NCBI RefSeq assembly: GCF_001194135.2
Contig: NC_068981.1
Span: 114,382,716 to 114,417,598, forward strand
DNA length: 34,883 nt
Source: Octopus bimaculoides
Lineage: Eukaryota
Direction: 5' to 3'
A model generated the notes under the pieces. The model did no database searches. It saw only the letters and a program-made list of their open reading frames with translations, and was not told where the DNA came from. The translations under genes and the position numbers were made by a program. Every line of letters starts with the position of its first letter. Positions within the stretch are counted from its first letter, which is position 1. Shown here in pieces: positions 34,831 through 34,883 of this stretch.

Positions 34831-34883
34831 CATATATATATACACATACATACATATATTTATATATATATTTATGCGTATAT
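34596..34883. repeat. Long compound (CA)n/(TA)n/(TACA)n microsatellite
   Basis: Direct inspection. Confidence 0.96.

Noticed and set aside
598-34855. Many ORFs made of YV/CM/IY/TH/LSIY repeats or X runs
   Set aside because: They are translations of microsatellites or N-gaps (2357-2639, 7618-8254, 9506-9759, 21570-21726, 28043-28059), not genes.
1-34883. CRISPR arrays, rRNA, intact tRNA or bacterial operons
   Set aside because: No regularly spaced repeat-spacer units, rRNA-like sequence or prokaryotic gene density; the sequence is clearly eukaryotic.

Overview
AT-rich (roughly 35% GC by eye) eukaryotic scaffold with five N-gaps and very dense microsatellites. The SINE families, the (TA)n/(TG)n/(GTAT)n density and the RTE/Tc1/Penelope relics point to an octopus (cephalopod) genome; this is inferred from recalled repeat families, not from a search. 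There is one convincing host gene: an intact 329-aa ORF at 19031..20020 (+), with its coding sequence in a single exon. It encodes a type II membrane protein with GT-A glycosyltransferase-like motifs and probably has a spliced 5' UTR exon carrying a uORF. The rest is a mobile-element graveyard: (1) a 5'-truncated RLE-type (R4/Dong-like) non-LTR retrotransposon bounded on both sides by (ATAC)n; (2) three clear Penelope-like relics and possibly a fourth; (3) a Tc1 element and a DD37D (maT) element, both with TIRs; (4) a near full-length decayed RTE LINE fused to an opposite-strand RT fragment; (5) tRNA-derived SINEs, hAT-like MITEs and a possible decayed Gypsy-type integrase. Structures these features do not explain include a nested palindromic repeat family rich in AGATAA (2678..3448, with another copy at 17201), a ~90-bp inverted repeat pair (27695..28638), a 145-bp direct repeat and a telomere-like seed at a Penelope junction. 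Most short ORFs in the supplied track are microsatellite or N-gap artefacts. All alignments and translations were done by eye, with no database search.
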